From an uncultured Alphaproteobacteria bacterium (GTDB lineage Bacteria; Pseudomonadota; Alphaproteobacteria; Rs-D84), in assembly GCA_947053455.1 (NCBI GenBank), contig CAMRSV010000002.1, positions 11,268 through 75,267 of the forward strand: a stretch of DNA of 64,000 nt, given 5' to 3'. This document shows, one piece after another, positions 29,745-39,477 of this stretch; within the stretch, counting starts at the first letter, position 1; each line of letters opens with the position of its first letter. A program made the position numbers and the translations under genes. The notes under the pieces were generated by a model. That model ran no database searches. It worked only from the letters and a program-made list of their open reading frames with translations, and was not told the DNA's origin.

Positions 29745-30647
29745 ATGACAAAAAAAGTAATATCACTGGCGGTTTTGACTGCTGTGCTGACGGGGTGTAT
29801 GAACAATAACGGCACAACGACCGGTACGGGCGGATATGGTTCCGACGGCTTTGGCGAAGAAGTGCTGGTTACCACACCGAACGAAACGCAGACTTTGAAT
29901 AACACATACCTGATGGCGCCGGCGCCGAAATATTATATCGGCAACGCATACAAAGTTGAAGACGTTCAGTACATTCCAGTCGAAGATTTGACCTATAATC
30001 AAACCGGCGTGGCGGGTATTGTGCCGATTGAATTGAACGGCAGCAAGACCAGCAACGGCGAAACGTTTGATATAACCCAAATGCTGGCGACCAGCAAAAC
30101 GCTGCCTCTGCCGACAATTGCAAAGGTTACAAATTTAGATAACGGTCAATCTGTGATTGTTCGTGTAAACAACCGCGGTCCGTTCGTAAATACCCGCATT
30201 ATGGATTTGTCACCGGCAGCGGCGGCAAAAATCGGCATGAATGGCCAGACCAAGGTTCAAATTCAGGTTTTGCCAGAACAGTCAATTGCAGTTAAAAATG
30301 CAACACTGGGCGCGAACACCACATTCCAACAAACCGAAACAATTGAAGTGACGCCGACCCAGACGATTGAAACAACCACAACAACCGTCACAACACCGGC
30401 TGCCACTGGTGATTACAGCGTACAATTGGCGGCATTTTACGCCGAAGACAGTGCAACAGCTCTGGCCAACCGTATGAAGGCGTATGGCGATGCCACGGTT
30501 GTCAAAGAAGGCGACATGTACAAAGTTCGTATTATAAATCTGGATGCATCCCAGGCACGCAGCGTTATCGACACACTGCGCAATAGCGAAGGCATGGCGC
30601 CAGGCTTGTTGAAAAACGGCCGCTGGATTAATGCAGATAGCATTTAA
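29745..30647 (+). CDS. rlpA: Septal ring lytic transglycosylase RlpA-family lipoprotein
   Basis: Lipobox LTGC; DPBB TLPLP..VTNL..VRVNNRGPF..DLS; C-terminal SPOR-like YSVQLAAF. Confidence 0.85.
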   Translation: MTKKVISLAVLTAVLTGCMNNNGTTTGTGGYGSDGFGEEVLVTTPNETQTLNNTYLMAPAPKYYIGNAYKVEDVQYIPVEDLTYNQTGVAGIVPIELNGSKTSNGETFDITQMLATSKTLPLPTIAKVTNLDNGQSVIVRVNNRGPFVNTRIMDLSPAAAAKIGMNGQTKVQIQVLPEQSIAVKNATLGANTTFQQTETIEVTPTQTIETTTTTVTTPAATGDYSVQLAAFYAEDSATALANRMKAYGDATVVKEGDMYKVRIINLDASQARSVIDTLRNSEGMAPGLLKNGRWINADSI

Positions 30648-30666
30648 TTTGTAAAGCATCCATCAA

Positions 30667-30699
30667 AAATAAATCCCGCAAATGCGGGATTTATTTTTT
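30667..30699. terminator. Bidirectional intrinsic terminator
   Basis: AAAATAAATCCCGCA-AA-TGCGGGATTTATTTT inverted repeat with A/T tails. Confidence 0.8.
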
Positions 30700-31011
30700 T
30701 AATATATGCGCCACAAATTATATGCAAATATGTTCATAGAATATAAAAACCACTATAGATATATCCCCGGCGCGTTATACCACAACGTTACATTGAAATT
30801 CTTTGACCTGATTTTGGCGGCACGTCGTTTTAATTTTCGCAATACGCCACGTTGCCGCAACATTCGAAAAGCCATAGTTCCAGGTGTCACCGGTTGTAAA
30901 AAATATTCATCATACTGCAAACGATCCTTTTTATGGTGCATTATTTTTTATCATCTAAAACCATAAAACCTTTGTCTGACAAGCATTTGAACAAATAATC
31001 GCGGGTAAGTT

Positions 31012-31168
31012 CACCCAGAAGGATTCCCTCGGCATATAATGCCTGTGGGGGAAACCGTGACGGCTCGATTACACTTTGTTTATCTCGCCTACTTGTTTTC
31101 GAACCAGGGTTCTCATCCTGGGATGCACAGCATAAATTAAAACCGGCGCAACCGCCGGTTTGAATTTA
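31012..31168 (-). repeat. tRNA-Arg-linked unit bounded by a 15-bp duplication of the tRNA 3' end
   Basis: CACCCAGAAGGATTC at 31012-31026 and 31174-31188; long hairpin CATAAATT.AAACCGGCG/CGCCGGTTT.AATTTATG. Confidence 0.65.
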
Positions 31169-31245
31169 TGGCGCACCCAGAAGGATTCGAACCCTCAACC
31201 TTCTGATCCGTAGTCAGATGCTCTATCCAATTGAGCCATGGGTGC
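31169..31245 (-). tRNA. tRNA-Arg(ACG)
   Basis: GCACCCATGGCTCAATTGGATAGAGCATCTGACTACGGATCAGAAGGTTGAGGGTTCGAATCCTTCTGGGTGCGCCA. Confidence 0.96.
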
Positions 31246-31300
31246 AACAGTGTTATATTCTATATCAATTTATTCAAATTGCAAGAAAAAATAAAACTAT

Positions 31301-31514
31301 TTGTAAAATAATTACAAATGCAGTATAATATGTTTGATGTGCACAAAACGCACATCGGGGTGTCGAAACCCATAAGTTATAGTGTCCGAGGGGACAATAA
31401 ACGCCTCCAATCTAGTCAAGGTTGGAGGGTGGTGATATATCAAAATAAGCCCACTATTTCCTATAACTTAATAGTTTCGAACCTCCAACCACCATTTGTT
31501 TGGTGGCATTTTGT
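31301..31514 (+). ncRNA. C4/CI-like antisense RNA leader, element A
   Basis: Promoter TTGTAA-17-TATAAT; targets b1 TCGAAA and a1 TAAGTTATAG; cloverleaf GGTTGGAGG(31420)...CCTCCAACC-ACCA(31494) carries CTATAACTTA and TTTCGA. Confidence 0.75.
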
Positions 31515-31527
31515 GCTAAAAGGAGAA

Positions 31528-32496
31528 ATGATGAAAAAATCTTTTATACTGGGAGGCATAATGTTACCCATGGTGGCATTTGGGAATAATATATCCATGG
31601 ATGAAACACAATACATTATATCAAGTGCCGAAAAATTATTAAAAACTACCCGTGTTTTATGCAGCGGCATTTCAGATGAGTTATCACAAGTTTCCGGTGT
31701 TGCCAAGACTGAAACGGCTATAAACGCTGTTGGGGCCGCCGCGGGTGGCGGTGCGGTGTATGCCGGACTAAAAAAATCGCAATTGGACAAAGAAATTGAA
31801 ACATTAATGGATAAAATGTGCACCGGTGGCGGATGTTCTGCAAACGGTATAAAATCAATGTCAGATGATGATTTCGTAGAAAATGTTCTAACATCGATGG
31901 CGAACATGTCAAAGTTGTCCGATGAAATTGCAAATGCGGAAAAGAAATCGAAAACTTTGGGAAATTGGCGTACGGGACTGATGGCGGGAAATACAGCAAC
32001 AAATATTGCATCGTCAATTGTGGCGGGAATAAATATGAATCAATCTGATTTGGTGCAACATGTTATGGCCTGCAACAATTCTTTGACACATTTAGAACAA
32101 GCTTACAATAACTTACTGGTAAGTGGGCTAAATCCATATGAAACACCGCTGATGATTAAAATTAACAAAATTAAGAATAATTGTGGTGAAATTGATCAAA
32201 AAGATATTTTAAAAATAGAAAACTCAATGGCCGGGGTTGTGGGGATAGGTGCAGCGGGTTCAATCGCTGGTGTCGTCGGCACCGTTGTAAGTGCCAAGGC
32301 AAATTCTAATAAAATTCGTAATGACACAAGCGAAACCGGTCGGCACAAAGAAAGAAATTTAAATACGACCGCAAATGTAATGGCTGTTGCCGGAACTGGG
32401 ACCAGTATAGCCGGCACGGCAAGCAATGCGATAATGATATCGAAAATAAAAAAATTAATTAAACGGGCGCAATATTGCGAGGAGGTTTTACAATGA
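31528..32496 (+). CDS. Secreted protein with four Gly/Ala-rich hydrophobic segments
   Basis: SD AAGGAG, signal peptide; segments AVGAAAGGGAV, GLMAGNTATNIAS, GVVGIGAAGSIAGVVG, VMAVAGTGTSIAG separated by helical linkers. Confidence 0.75.
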   Translation: MMKKSFILGGIMLPMVAFGNNISMDETQYIISSAEKLLKTTRVLCSGISDELSQVSGVAKTETAINAVGAAAGGGAVYAGLKKSQLDKEIETLMDKMCTGGGCSANGIKSMSDDDFVENVLTSMANMSKLSDEIANAEKKSKTLGNWRTGLMAGNTATNIASSIVAGINMNQSDLVQHVMACNNSLTHLEQAYNNLLVSGLNPYETPLMIKINKIKNNCGEIDQKDILKIENSMAGVVGIGAAGSIAGVVGTVVSAKANSNKIRNDTSETGRHKERNLNTTANVMAVAGTGTSIAGTASNAIMISKIKKLIKRAQYCEEVLQ

Positions 32497-33233
32497 AGCA
32501 AATATTATCTGTCTTATCTATTTTATGCGTGTTGGCTCCATTCGCTGCATTAGCAGATGCGCCAAGTAAAATAATCGCGTCTGGGAATGAGTTTTTTTCA
32601 TGGACGACCGAATTTATGAAATATATTAAAGATTATAAAGAACTGTTGGATGTTGCATATGGAATATGCCAAAAGACAAAAGATTATATATCAAATAACA
32701 ATATAACACTGCGATACGAAGGCGTCGAATATGATAGCGACAGGATGTTGAACTGCGACATCGCGACGCAACCAAATGTCACCCAAGAAGAAATAGAAAG
32801 CCTGATGCAACGCTGCGGGATGGTCGCCATAATGATTATAGAAAATGGCAAAAACGCCCGCGCCGCCGCATTGGCAAGCGATTCACACAAAGCACCAAAA
32901 GAACGCCTGATTGCAAATATTGCGAAACGGCAATGCGCGCGATTTAACCCGCGCACCGTGACAAATATTGATATATCTTGTCGTATTGATACGGTCACAC
33001 GATGCCTGGTTAAGGAAACCATAGGCGAACCGGGTTATGATGATACAACATACCCGACATGTTGCATTGTATCAGACCGATTGGTTGATGAAATCAATAT
33101 TGATTCGGATGGCAACGCGACTATAAAAACAACGGTTTCATACGCAGATTTTACAAAGGTTGCACATGATGCGATGCTTTCCAACAAGGCAGATAAATTA
33201 ACACTTGATAACTTTGACGATAAATGCAAATAA
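32493..33233 (+). CDS. Secreted Cys-containing hypothetical protein
   Basis: ATGA overlap with the upstream gene; signal peptide ending ALA; multiple Cys. Confidence 0.7.
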   Translation: MKQILSVLSILCVLAPFAALADAPSKIIASGNEFFSWTTEFMKYIKDYKELLDVAYGICQKTKDYISNNNITLRYEGVEYDSDRMLNCDIATQPNVTQEEIESLMQRCGMVAIMIIENGKNARAAALASDSHKAPKERLIANIAKRQCARFNPRTVTNIDISCRIDTVTRCLVKETIGEPGYDDTTYPTCCIVSDRLVDEINIDSDGNATIKTTVSYADFTKVAHDAMLSNKADKLTLDNFDDKCK

Positions 33234-33256
33234 AAAATCCCCCAAATGGGGGATTT

Positions 33257-33835
33257 TTAACGCTGCTTATTCTTCAGGCCGTGATATATTTGATTAAAAT
33301 GCATTCGGCACACGGATTTATAGTTTGAATCGCCGACACAAATCTGGTCGCCGCCCCGGATTACATTGCCGTCCGCATCAAATCGTAAATGATGTGTTGC
33401 AAAGTGCATACATTCCGGAATCATACACGATGTTTCTGCCTGATGCAATTTTGCCCCCACTTCTACCAAGCGGGCAGATGTGGGAAACAATTTTTCATTA
33501 CTATCCACCATAAGACCATAACATATCACCAGTAAACCTTTGATATCTGCAATTCGCACCAGACAATCAATATCACTGGGCGCAAAAAATTGTATTTCAT
33601 CAACCAATATAACTTTTGTTTTCGGCGCCGGTTCATAATTGTCAAAAGATTTTAATACCAATGCTTCGGCTTCATCTTTGGTTGCACGCGATTTAACTGT
33701 TGTAGAACGTGTATCGCTTAACGGTTTTATTATTTCAACCGGGATGTTTTTAAGTTGAAAATTATGCGCCGTCATAATCAACATAGCAGACTTTGCCGAT
33801 TGCATAACGCCATAATGAAAATGTAATTTTGCCAT
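33257..33835 (-). CDS. tdk: Thymidine kinase
   Basis: YGVMQSAKS P-loop, DTR, LVDEIQF, ICYGL, YKSVCR. Confidence 0.9.
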   Translation of the reverse strand: MAKLHFHYGVMQSAKSAMLIMTAHNFQLKNIPVEIIKPLSDTRSTTVKSRATKDEAEALVLKSFDNYEPAPKTKVILVDEIQFFAPSDIDCLVRIADIKGLLVICYGLMVDSNEKLFPTSARLVEVGAKLHQAETSCMIPECMHFATHHLRFDADGNVIRGGDQICVGDSNYKSVCRMHFNQIYHGLKNKQR

Positions 33836-33934
33836 TTCGCACCCCCTTTCTGAAACCGACTTTGGTCATAGCAAATGGTTCCTGTTATAAATTCAAATTT
33901 TCGCCCCTATTATAATCAAAAAGTGGTCTATGTC

Positions 33935-35080
33935 ATGAGAAAAATATTTATGCTATTTTTTATGGTTTTAGGTCTGGGGGCACATGCGGCAAACGCGGGC
34001 GTATCGCGACAATATCTGGCGGATGCCGGGAAAGCATGGGCGGCGGCATTAAGCGGGGTTGGTAGCAACAGCAGCGAAATTGCACGGCAATTGTCACAAT
34101 ACCACAACAGCGACCTTGTAAGATTTAACGAATTAATCGGTATTATTGCATATAACGACACAGCACTTGCGATATACGAGGCCACAAAACATCTGGACAT
34201 GGCATATTCGGTAATATCACGCCCAATGGCGGCACGCCGAACAACATGCGCAAATAATTTATCCAACTGCGCGGTTCGACGCCGCACATTAAGTGCAGAA
34301 ATAGAACTCTTTGCATCAACTGCAGACTTTGATTCTGATGCAAACGGTGACTTTACAATTGACGGCACGGGTCTGTCCATTAGAGCCAAAGGCTACGCCG
34401 CAGACGGGTTCGCATTCGGGGTTGGGTACACCCACAGTTCCGCCGACACACGCGATAATCCAGTCTATAACGATGCAAAGGGAAACAGCGTAACACTGTT
34501 TGCACAATATTTAGCGGAATCGGGGCTCTTTTTGAATATAGCGGCTGTTGGCGGACACATCAGTTGGGAAACCGACAAAACAATTGCCGCAATCCGTGAC
34601 GACGGTGTTTATGATGCTGATTTCTGGTCGGGGCAAATCGTCACAGGCATTCAATTATCGCGGGGACCTTTGTTCTTTGCACCACGCATGGACGTGCGTT
34701 ATGCACACTTGAAATCAGACGCCCATACAGACGGCGCCGCGCAGAGTTTTGACCGTTGGCGATATGATGTACTAACCGCCGGGCTAGACTTGGAAATGGG
34801 CGCAAATTTTGCTGTGAACGGTTTTGTCGTACGTCCTAATATAACGATTGGCGGTGGATATGATATTATCAGTCATGCCGACGATAATATCACCGTGCAG
34901 GTTATTGGAAATCAAAGATACGATATACCTGTGGAACGACCCGCACGCGCCGCACTACGGGGCGGACTGGGCATTGGGGTATACGGCGCGTCGTTTGCCA
35001 TAACGCTGGATTATAAATTGGATTCGCGGTCTGATTACATGGCGCATACGGGAATGCTGAACGCAAAGATTGCGTTTTAA
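33935..35080 (+). CDS. Autotransporter beta-barrel protein with very short passenger
   Basis: Signal peptide, amphipathic beta strands, terminal NAKIAF. Confidence 0.75.
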   Translation: MRKIFMLFFMVLGLGAHAANAGVSRQYLADAGKAWAAALSGVGSNSSEIARQLSQYHNSDLVRFNELIGIIAYNDTALAIYEATKHLDMAYSVISRPMAARRTTCANNLSNCAVRRRTLSAEIELFASTADFDSDANGDFTIDGTGLSIRAKGYAADGFAFGVGYTHSSADTRDNPVYNDAKGNSVTLFAQYLAESGLFLNIAAVGGHISWETDKTIAAIRDDGVYDADFWSGQIVTGIQLSRGPLFFAPRMDVRYAHLKSDAHTDGAAQSFDRWRYDVLTAGLDLEMGANFAVNGFVVRPNITIGGGYDIISHADDNITVQVIGNQRYDIPVERPARAALRGGLGIGVYGASFAITLDYKLDSRSDYMAHTGMLNAKIAF

Positions 35081-35113
35081 CAATTAGAAAAAATATGCTA
35101 TAATACACGCGTT

Positions 35114-35908
35114 ATGAAATATGACTTAATGCGTGTTTTTATTTACGTTACGCTGGTTGGTTTTTGCGGCGGCCAATCTGTTGCGGCCGGGTTACTTAAA
35201 CCGGTAAAGTTTGCGACAACATATGCCGACCTGCCCTTTGCGGTGCGAATGGAAAATGAACGCGCCGGGTTTGAGGACTGGGAACCCGAATATGACGCAA
35301 ATGGACGTTGTATCCGCGGATGCGCATACCAAGGCATGAACATAGAAGACGATTTGAAGGCAATGGAACGCCAAACGCAGATTGCAGTCGCCCAGATGAA
35401 TCAGGACACATCGCAAATCACGCATCCGGCGCCATCGATGGATGTTACGAAACAACCGGCTGTGATAACACCGCAATGCACGCCGTCAAACCCGGCAATT
35501 GCGCCTGGGCAAATTTACCCCAGCGGGGAACCATTAATCGGACGACACACAATAACCTCTCAATACGGTGATAGAATTCATCCTGTCACAAAAATCCGGA
35601 CACCACACCGCGGAATTGACTTTTCCGCCCCCATCGGAACAGATGTTTTTTCACCGGCAACCGGCACTGTTGCATCTGTTTGGTCGGACAATACATGTGG
35701 GCGCGGCATTCGTATAACGCATTCTGGCGGCTTTGAAAGCGTTTATTGCCATCTAAATTCACAATTGGTAAAGGTGGGCGATACGGTAAATGCTGGTTGC
35801 CGCATTGGACAAAGTGGTAATACCGGCCGCACCACAGGCGCACATTTACATTATGGGATAAAGCATAATGGAACCTATGTAAATCCCAATAAATTCATCG
35901 GTCGATAA
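35114..35908 (+). CDS. M23-family metallopeptidase
   Basis: HRGIDF, YCHL, GNTGRTTGAHLHY. Confidence 0.9.
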   Translation: MKYDLMRVFIYVTLVGFCGGQSVAAGLLKPVKFATTYADLPFAVRMENERAGFEDWEPEYDANGRCIRGCAYQGMNIEDDLKAMERQTQIAVAQMNQDTSQITHPAPSMDVTKQPAVITPQCTPSNPAIAPGQIYPSGEPLIGRHTITSQYGDRIHPVTKIRTPHRGIDFSAPIGTDVFSPATGTVASVWSDNTCGRGIRITHSGGFESVYCHLNSQLVKVGDTVNAGCRIGQSGNTGRTTGAHLHYGIKHNGTYVNPNKFIGR

Positions 35909-35909
35909 T

Positions 35910-36287
35910 TTATTCGTGATGTTTTTGTTTCATGAATTGTACATGAAAACTGCCATTATTTATCGGGGCAAAAGAATAAATGTATGGCGCCAATATGCTT
36001 TCTGTGGCCCATTGTGGGAATTTTTGATGCAAGATTCCACTGGCGCCGGTAATAATCGTTGCGGTTCGTGTGCCTGATTTTGCGACCCGCATAATCGCGT
36101 TCCACGCCTGTTCTTCGGTATATTGGTGCAAATCAATGGCGACATGCTTTGCCGCGACGGCGCGTTTGGCGGGTATTAATTTCCCCAAACACAGATTACG
36201 CCGCACACTCTGATTTACCGCACGCGTATCAGGCGTAAATTTACATGACGCCATTTGTTCAATATCTGCATCCGACAACTGTTTCAT
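35910..36287 (-). CDS. Smr-domain protein
   Basis: IDLHQYT..IITG..NNG. Confidence 0.75.
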   Translation of the reverse strand: MKQLSDADIEQMASCKFTPDTRAVNQSVRRNLCLGKLIPAKRAVAAKHVAIDLHQYTEEQAWNAIMRVAKSGTRTATIITGASGILHQKFPQWATESILAPYIYSFAPINNGSFHVQFMKQKHHE

Positions 36288-36346
36288 AATTCTGGAATAA
36301 TAATACGAATAAAAATATATTCCAGTAAATATGGCAAATTTATAAT

Positions 36347-36754
36347 TTATTTTATGTCCCTAAAAATCGCGTTACGCAACTGTTTATTAGACACAATGTC
36401 ACGCGCGCAAAAACTGGCACACCAATTTTGGCATTCGTTTGCATAAACATAACTGCGCAAAAATACATACTGCGACCGAAATGGACTGGATATTCGGCAC
36501 CAGCAGCCAATTGCATCGTCCCCATCTTCGGGTGCGGTCAAAATTTCGGTCTGCGTATATGCGGGCGCCTCAACATCATTGCAAACGCCGACACCCTTTA
36601 CCACCAATTCATCCGTGCCATTATCGCATAATGCAGCCCAGTTATCACCAGAATATTCCGAATTTTTACATTTTATTTCCGGCGGCAATATTTTGGCGCA
36701 CAACGCCGCATGCGAAACAAACGCCAGACCAGTGGCAATCATTAGATATTTCAT
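36347..36754 (-). CDS. Secreted Cys-rich protein
   Basis: Signal peptide; CWCRISSP..YVF..CQNWCASFCA motif; SD GGGG. Confidence 0.75.
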   Translation of the reverse strand: MKYLMIATGLAFVSHAALCAKILPPEIKCKNSEYSGDNWAALCDNGTDELVVKGVGVCNDVEAPAYTQTEILTAPEDGDDAIGCWCRISSPFRSQYVFLRSYVYANECQNWCASFCARDIVSNKQLRNAIFRDIK

Positions 36755-36781
36755 TTTCTATTTCCCCTTTGGTTAAAGAAC

Positions 36782-37023
36782 AAAACCACCAAAAAGGTGG
36801 TCGGGAAGTTAGAAAAATCATAAATCAGAATGATCCCGCTGGTCTTTGGGCGATCCCTGTTGTATAACCAACGGCCTCCCGACAACGTGCCGGGCAAGCA
36901 CGGGAACATCCCGTGGCATTGGATACGGTGCACTGCACCGCTGATTTATGGGATTTTCTACGTCCCGAACCCACATCCCTGCAGGTTCAATAAAAGTATA
37001 ATTTATATTTACCGCAAATACAA
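36782..37023 (-). ncRNA. C4/CI-like antisense RNA leader, element B
   Basis: Promoter TTGTAT-17-TATACT; b1 TAGAAAA, a1 ATAAATCAG; core GTCGGGAGG...CTTCCCGACCA carries CTGATTTAT and TTTTCTA; terminator ACCACC/GGTGGT-TTT. Confidence 0.72.
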
Positions 37024-37074
37024 GAAATATAAAATTCCTTGAAAATAATTCAAAAAAATTATACACCGTAAACT

Positions 37075-37380
37075 ATGAAATCTGAAAATAATATTGATAT
37101 AAACCAACTGCCGGGAACGGAATTTCAACATGATATTTGGCGCGCACTAATGAAAATACCACGCGGGACGGTACGAACATATGCCCAACTGGCCAAAATG
37201 TCGGGGCACCCGAACGCCGTGCGCGCCGTGGCCAATGCTGTTGGGAAAAATCCCATGCCACCCACCATTCCATGCCATCGCGTCATACGCAGTGATGGCA
37301 AAATCGGCGGCTATTCCGCCCCGGGTGGGATAAGGCGAAAAATTGAATTACTTAAATCAGAGGGCATTGAACTTCCATAA
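37075..37380 (+). CDS. Methylated-DNA--protein-cysteine methyltransferase (C-terminal domain only)
   Basis: IPRGTVRTY, RAVANA, IPCHRV active site. Confidence 0.9.
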   Translation: MKSENNIDINQLPGTEFQHDIWRALMKIPRGTVRTYAQLAKMSGHPNAVRAVANAVGKNPMPPTIPCHRVIRSDGKIGGYSAPGGIRRKIELLKSEGIELP

Positions 37381-37405
37381 AAAATCCCGCAAATGCGGGA
37401 TTTTT

Positions 37406-38668
37406 TTACATTTGAATAAACAAGTTCGGATTTTCAGCCAATTTTTCAATTCCGCCATCCAATACCTTGCGATATTCCAAGAATTTTTTCTTATCCGCAC
37501 TACCTAAATTACTAATTGCAGGTAATTTTACTGTCAACGGATTTACATGCTTGCCATTTTTGATTATTTCATAATGCAAATGCGGCCCCGTAGATAATCC
37601 GGTCGAACCAACATATCCAATTGTCTGTCCCTGGCGCACATTGGTGCCCACGGTGACACCCTTGGCAAAGCGAGACATATGCGCATAAAGCGTTTCATAA
37701 GACCCATTGTGGCGCAATTTTATATAATTGCCATGTCCATTGTTGTACCCGCGTGCAACAACACGTCCCGCACCCGCCGCCGGAATTGGTGTACCGGTAG
37801 ATGCACGGAAATCAACCCCCTTATGCGCACGTGTATACCCCAGCACCGGATGCTTGCGCCGGCCGGAAAAACTGCTGGTAACCTTGGCATTGTTAATCGG
37901 CGTACGCTTTAGTGATTTTATTGCACCATTACCATCTTCATCATAATATCCGGACGCACCGTCAGCCTTTTTGAACCGATACATGCGCACATTGCCGCGT
38001 AATGCATCAAACGACACCGCCAAAACGCGACCATTATCAACCTTTTGATTATCGGAATAATTTTCCTCATACACGACCCAGAATTTTTGCCCCGCGCGCA
38101 CATCACGTTCAAAGTCCATTTCAAACGCCAGCAAATCATATACGTCCGCCAATATGCCCGCCGGTATTCCTGCACGCATCCCCGCCAGATAAAAACTATC
38201 ACCGTCCAATATTTCACCAGTATGATAAACCGCGCGCGTATCAGGTGTAATATCAACTGTATTGCACTGCCATTGGCCGTCGGTATTACGTGACACCTCA
38301 ACCCGGCGCCACGGAGACGGAATTATTGCAAATCTGGTCGCAGGCGCATCTTCGTTGTCACGTATAAATTCAATTTTATCACTCTGCGCACGCAGGGTTG
38401 TAATATCGGCATCTTTCTTTAAAATTTTTGCAATCGCATCCACATCGGAATATGTCAATCCCTGTTCCGTCAACAATTTAGACAACGTATCGCCATCCGC
38501 CACCTGAACCGTAATGATTTGTGAATCAGATTTGGAGCAATTTGGCGCCACGCGCGGCGCACGATGCGTCAGAACGACAATTATCGCAGCCACACTTAAT
38601 GCCGCAGCCACACCCAAAATAACCCATGTTAATATACGTAAATTAAGAATATCTTTTGCTTTTTTCAT
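37406..38668 (-). CDS. LysM/M23 peptidoglycan DD-endopeptidase (MepM-like)
   Basis: N-terminal TM, GDTL, HKGVDF, YAHM, STGPHLHY. Confidence 0.9.
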   Translation of the reverse strand: MKKAKDILNLRILTWVILGVAAALSVAAIIVVLTHRAPRVAPNCSKSDSQIITVQVADGDTLSKLLTEQGLTYSDVDAIAKILKKDADITTLRAQSDKIEFIRDNEDAPATRFAIIPSPWRRVEVSRNTDGQWQCNTVDITPDTRAVYHTGEILDGDSFYLAGMRAGIPAGILADVYDLLAFEMDFERDVRAGQKFWVVYEENYSDNQKVDNGRVLAVSFDALRGNVRMYRFKKADGASGYYDEDGNGAIKSLKRTPINNAKVTSSFSGRRKHPVLGYTRAHKGVDFRASTGTPIPAAGAGRVVARGYNNGHGNYIKLRHNGSYETLYAHMSRFAKGVTVGTNVRQGQTIGYVGSTGLSTGPHLHYEIIKNGKHVNPLTVKLPAISNLGSADKKKFLEYRKVLDGGIEKLAENPNLFIQM

Positions 38669-38689
38669 GGAATCCATTATACTATTTTT

Positions 38690-39460
38690 ATGCAAACAAA
38701 TCAAGCCTTCACAATTTTACAAAATGCCGGCGGTGTTCGTGCAGCGCGCATTATCACAGAAAATCAACCAAAATTAACGACTTTTACCGTATGGCGAATG
38801 GCAAAAAAATTACGGCGCGGTGTTCCGGTTGCAAAAATCATTCATCGCAAATGGTTCTATGGTTTACCGTTTTATACAAATGCGCACACTTTGGATCCAC
38901 GGCCGGATACGGAAACGCTTGTATCGGCGGTAATTTCAGATATTACCCCCGGGCAATCCACCAAAATCCTGGATCTTGGCACCGGCACCGGATGTATAAT
39001 TGGCGCAATCATTAAAAATATTGCCGATGCACACGGTGTTGCTGTGGAAAAATCATGGCGCGCCGCACTCGTTGCAAAACGAAATTTTCGCGATTTGAAA
39101 ATATTTGACCGGGTAAAAATCCGCCGTGCGTCTTTTACAAAACAAAATGCAATCCGTGAAAAGTTTGACGTTATAGTGTCCAATCCGCCATATATTGCAA
39201 TTGGCGATGCGCGCGTGGATGCGGGTGCACTGCATGACCCAAAATTGGCTCTTTACGCGACGGACGGCGGATTTGCAGCATACCGTGAAATTGCAAAAAA
39301 TGCGCGCAAATGGATACGCGCAAATGGAAAAATATATTTGGAAATTGGTATTGATATGGGTGCGTCGGTTCGTGAAATATTTGAATTAAACGGGTGGAAA
39401 TTTATCCGGGGCGAAAATGATTTAAGCGGTACCGAACGCGTGCTAATATTTCAATTATAG
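38690..39460 (+). CDS. prmC: Release factor glutamine methyltransferase
   Basis: DPRPDTETL, LDLGTGTGC, VSNPPY. Confidence 0.9.
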   Translation: MQTNQAFTILQNAGGVRAARIITENQPKLTTFTVWRMAKKLRRGVPVAKIIHRKWFYGLPFYTNAHTLDPRPDTETLVSAVISDITPGQSTKILDLGTGTGCIIGAIIKNIADAHGVAVEKSWRAALVAKRNFRDLKIFDRVKIRRASFTKQNAIREKFDVIVSNPPYIAIGDARVDAGALHDPKLALYATDGGFAAYREIAKNARKWIRANGKIYLEIGIDMGASVREIFELNGWKFIRGENDLSGTERVLIFQL

Positions 39461-39477
39461 GTCAATTTGGAACTAAT

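Noticed and set aside
30753-30941. 62-aa basic ORF downstream of tRNA-Arg
   Set aside because: No recognisable family or clear SD; left unannotated.
31318-31527. N-terminal extension of ORF 31318 (and ORFs 46737-46931, 36818-37066, 50411-50728)
   Set aside because: They overlap promoters and structured RNA elements; real starts with SD and signal peptide lie downstream.
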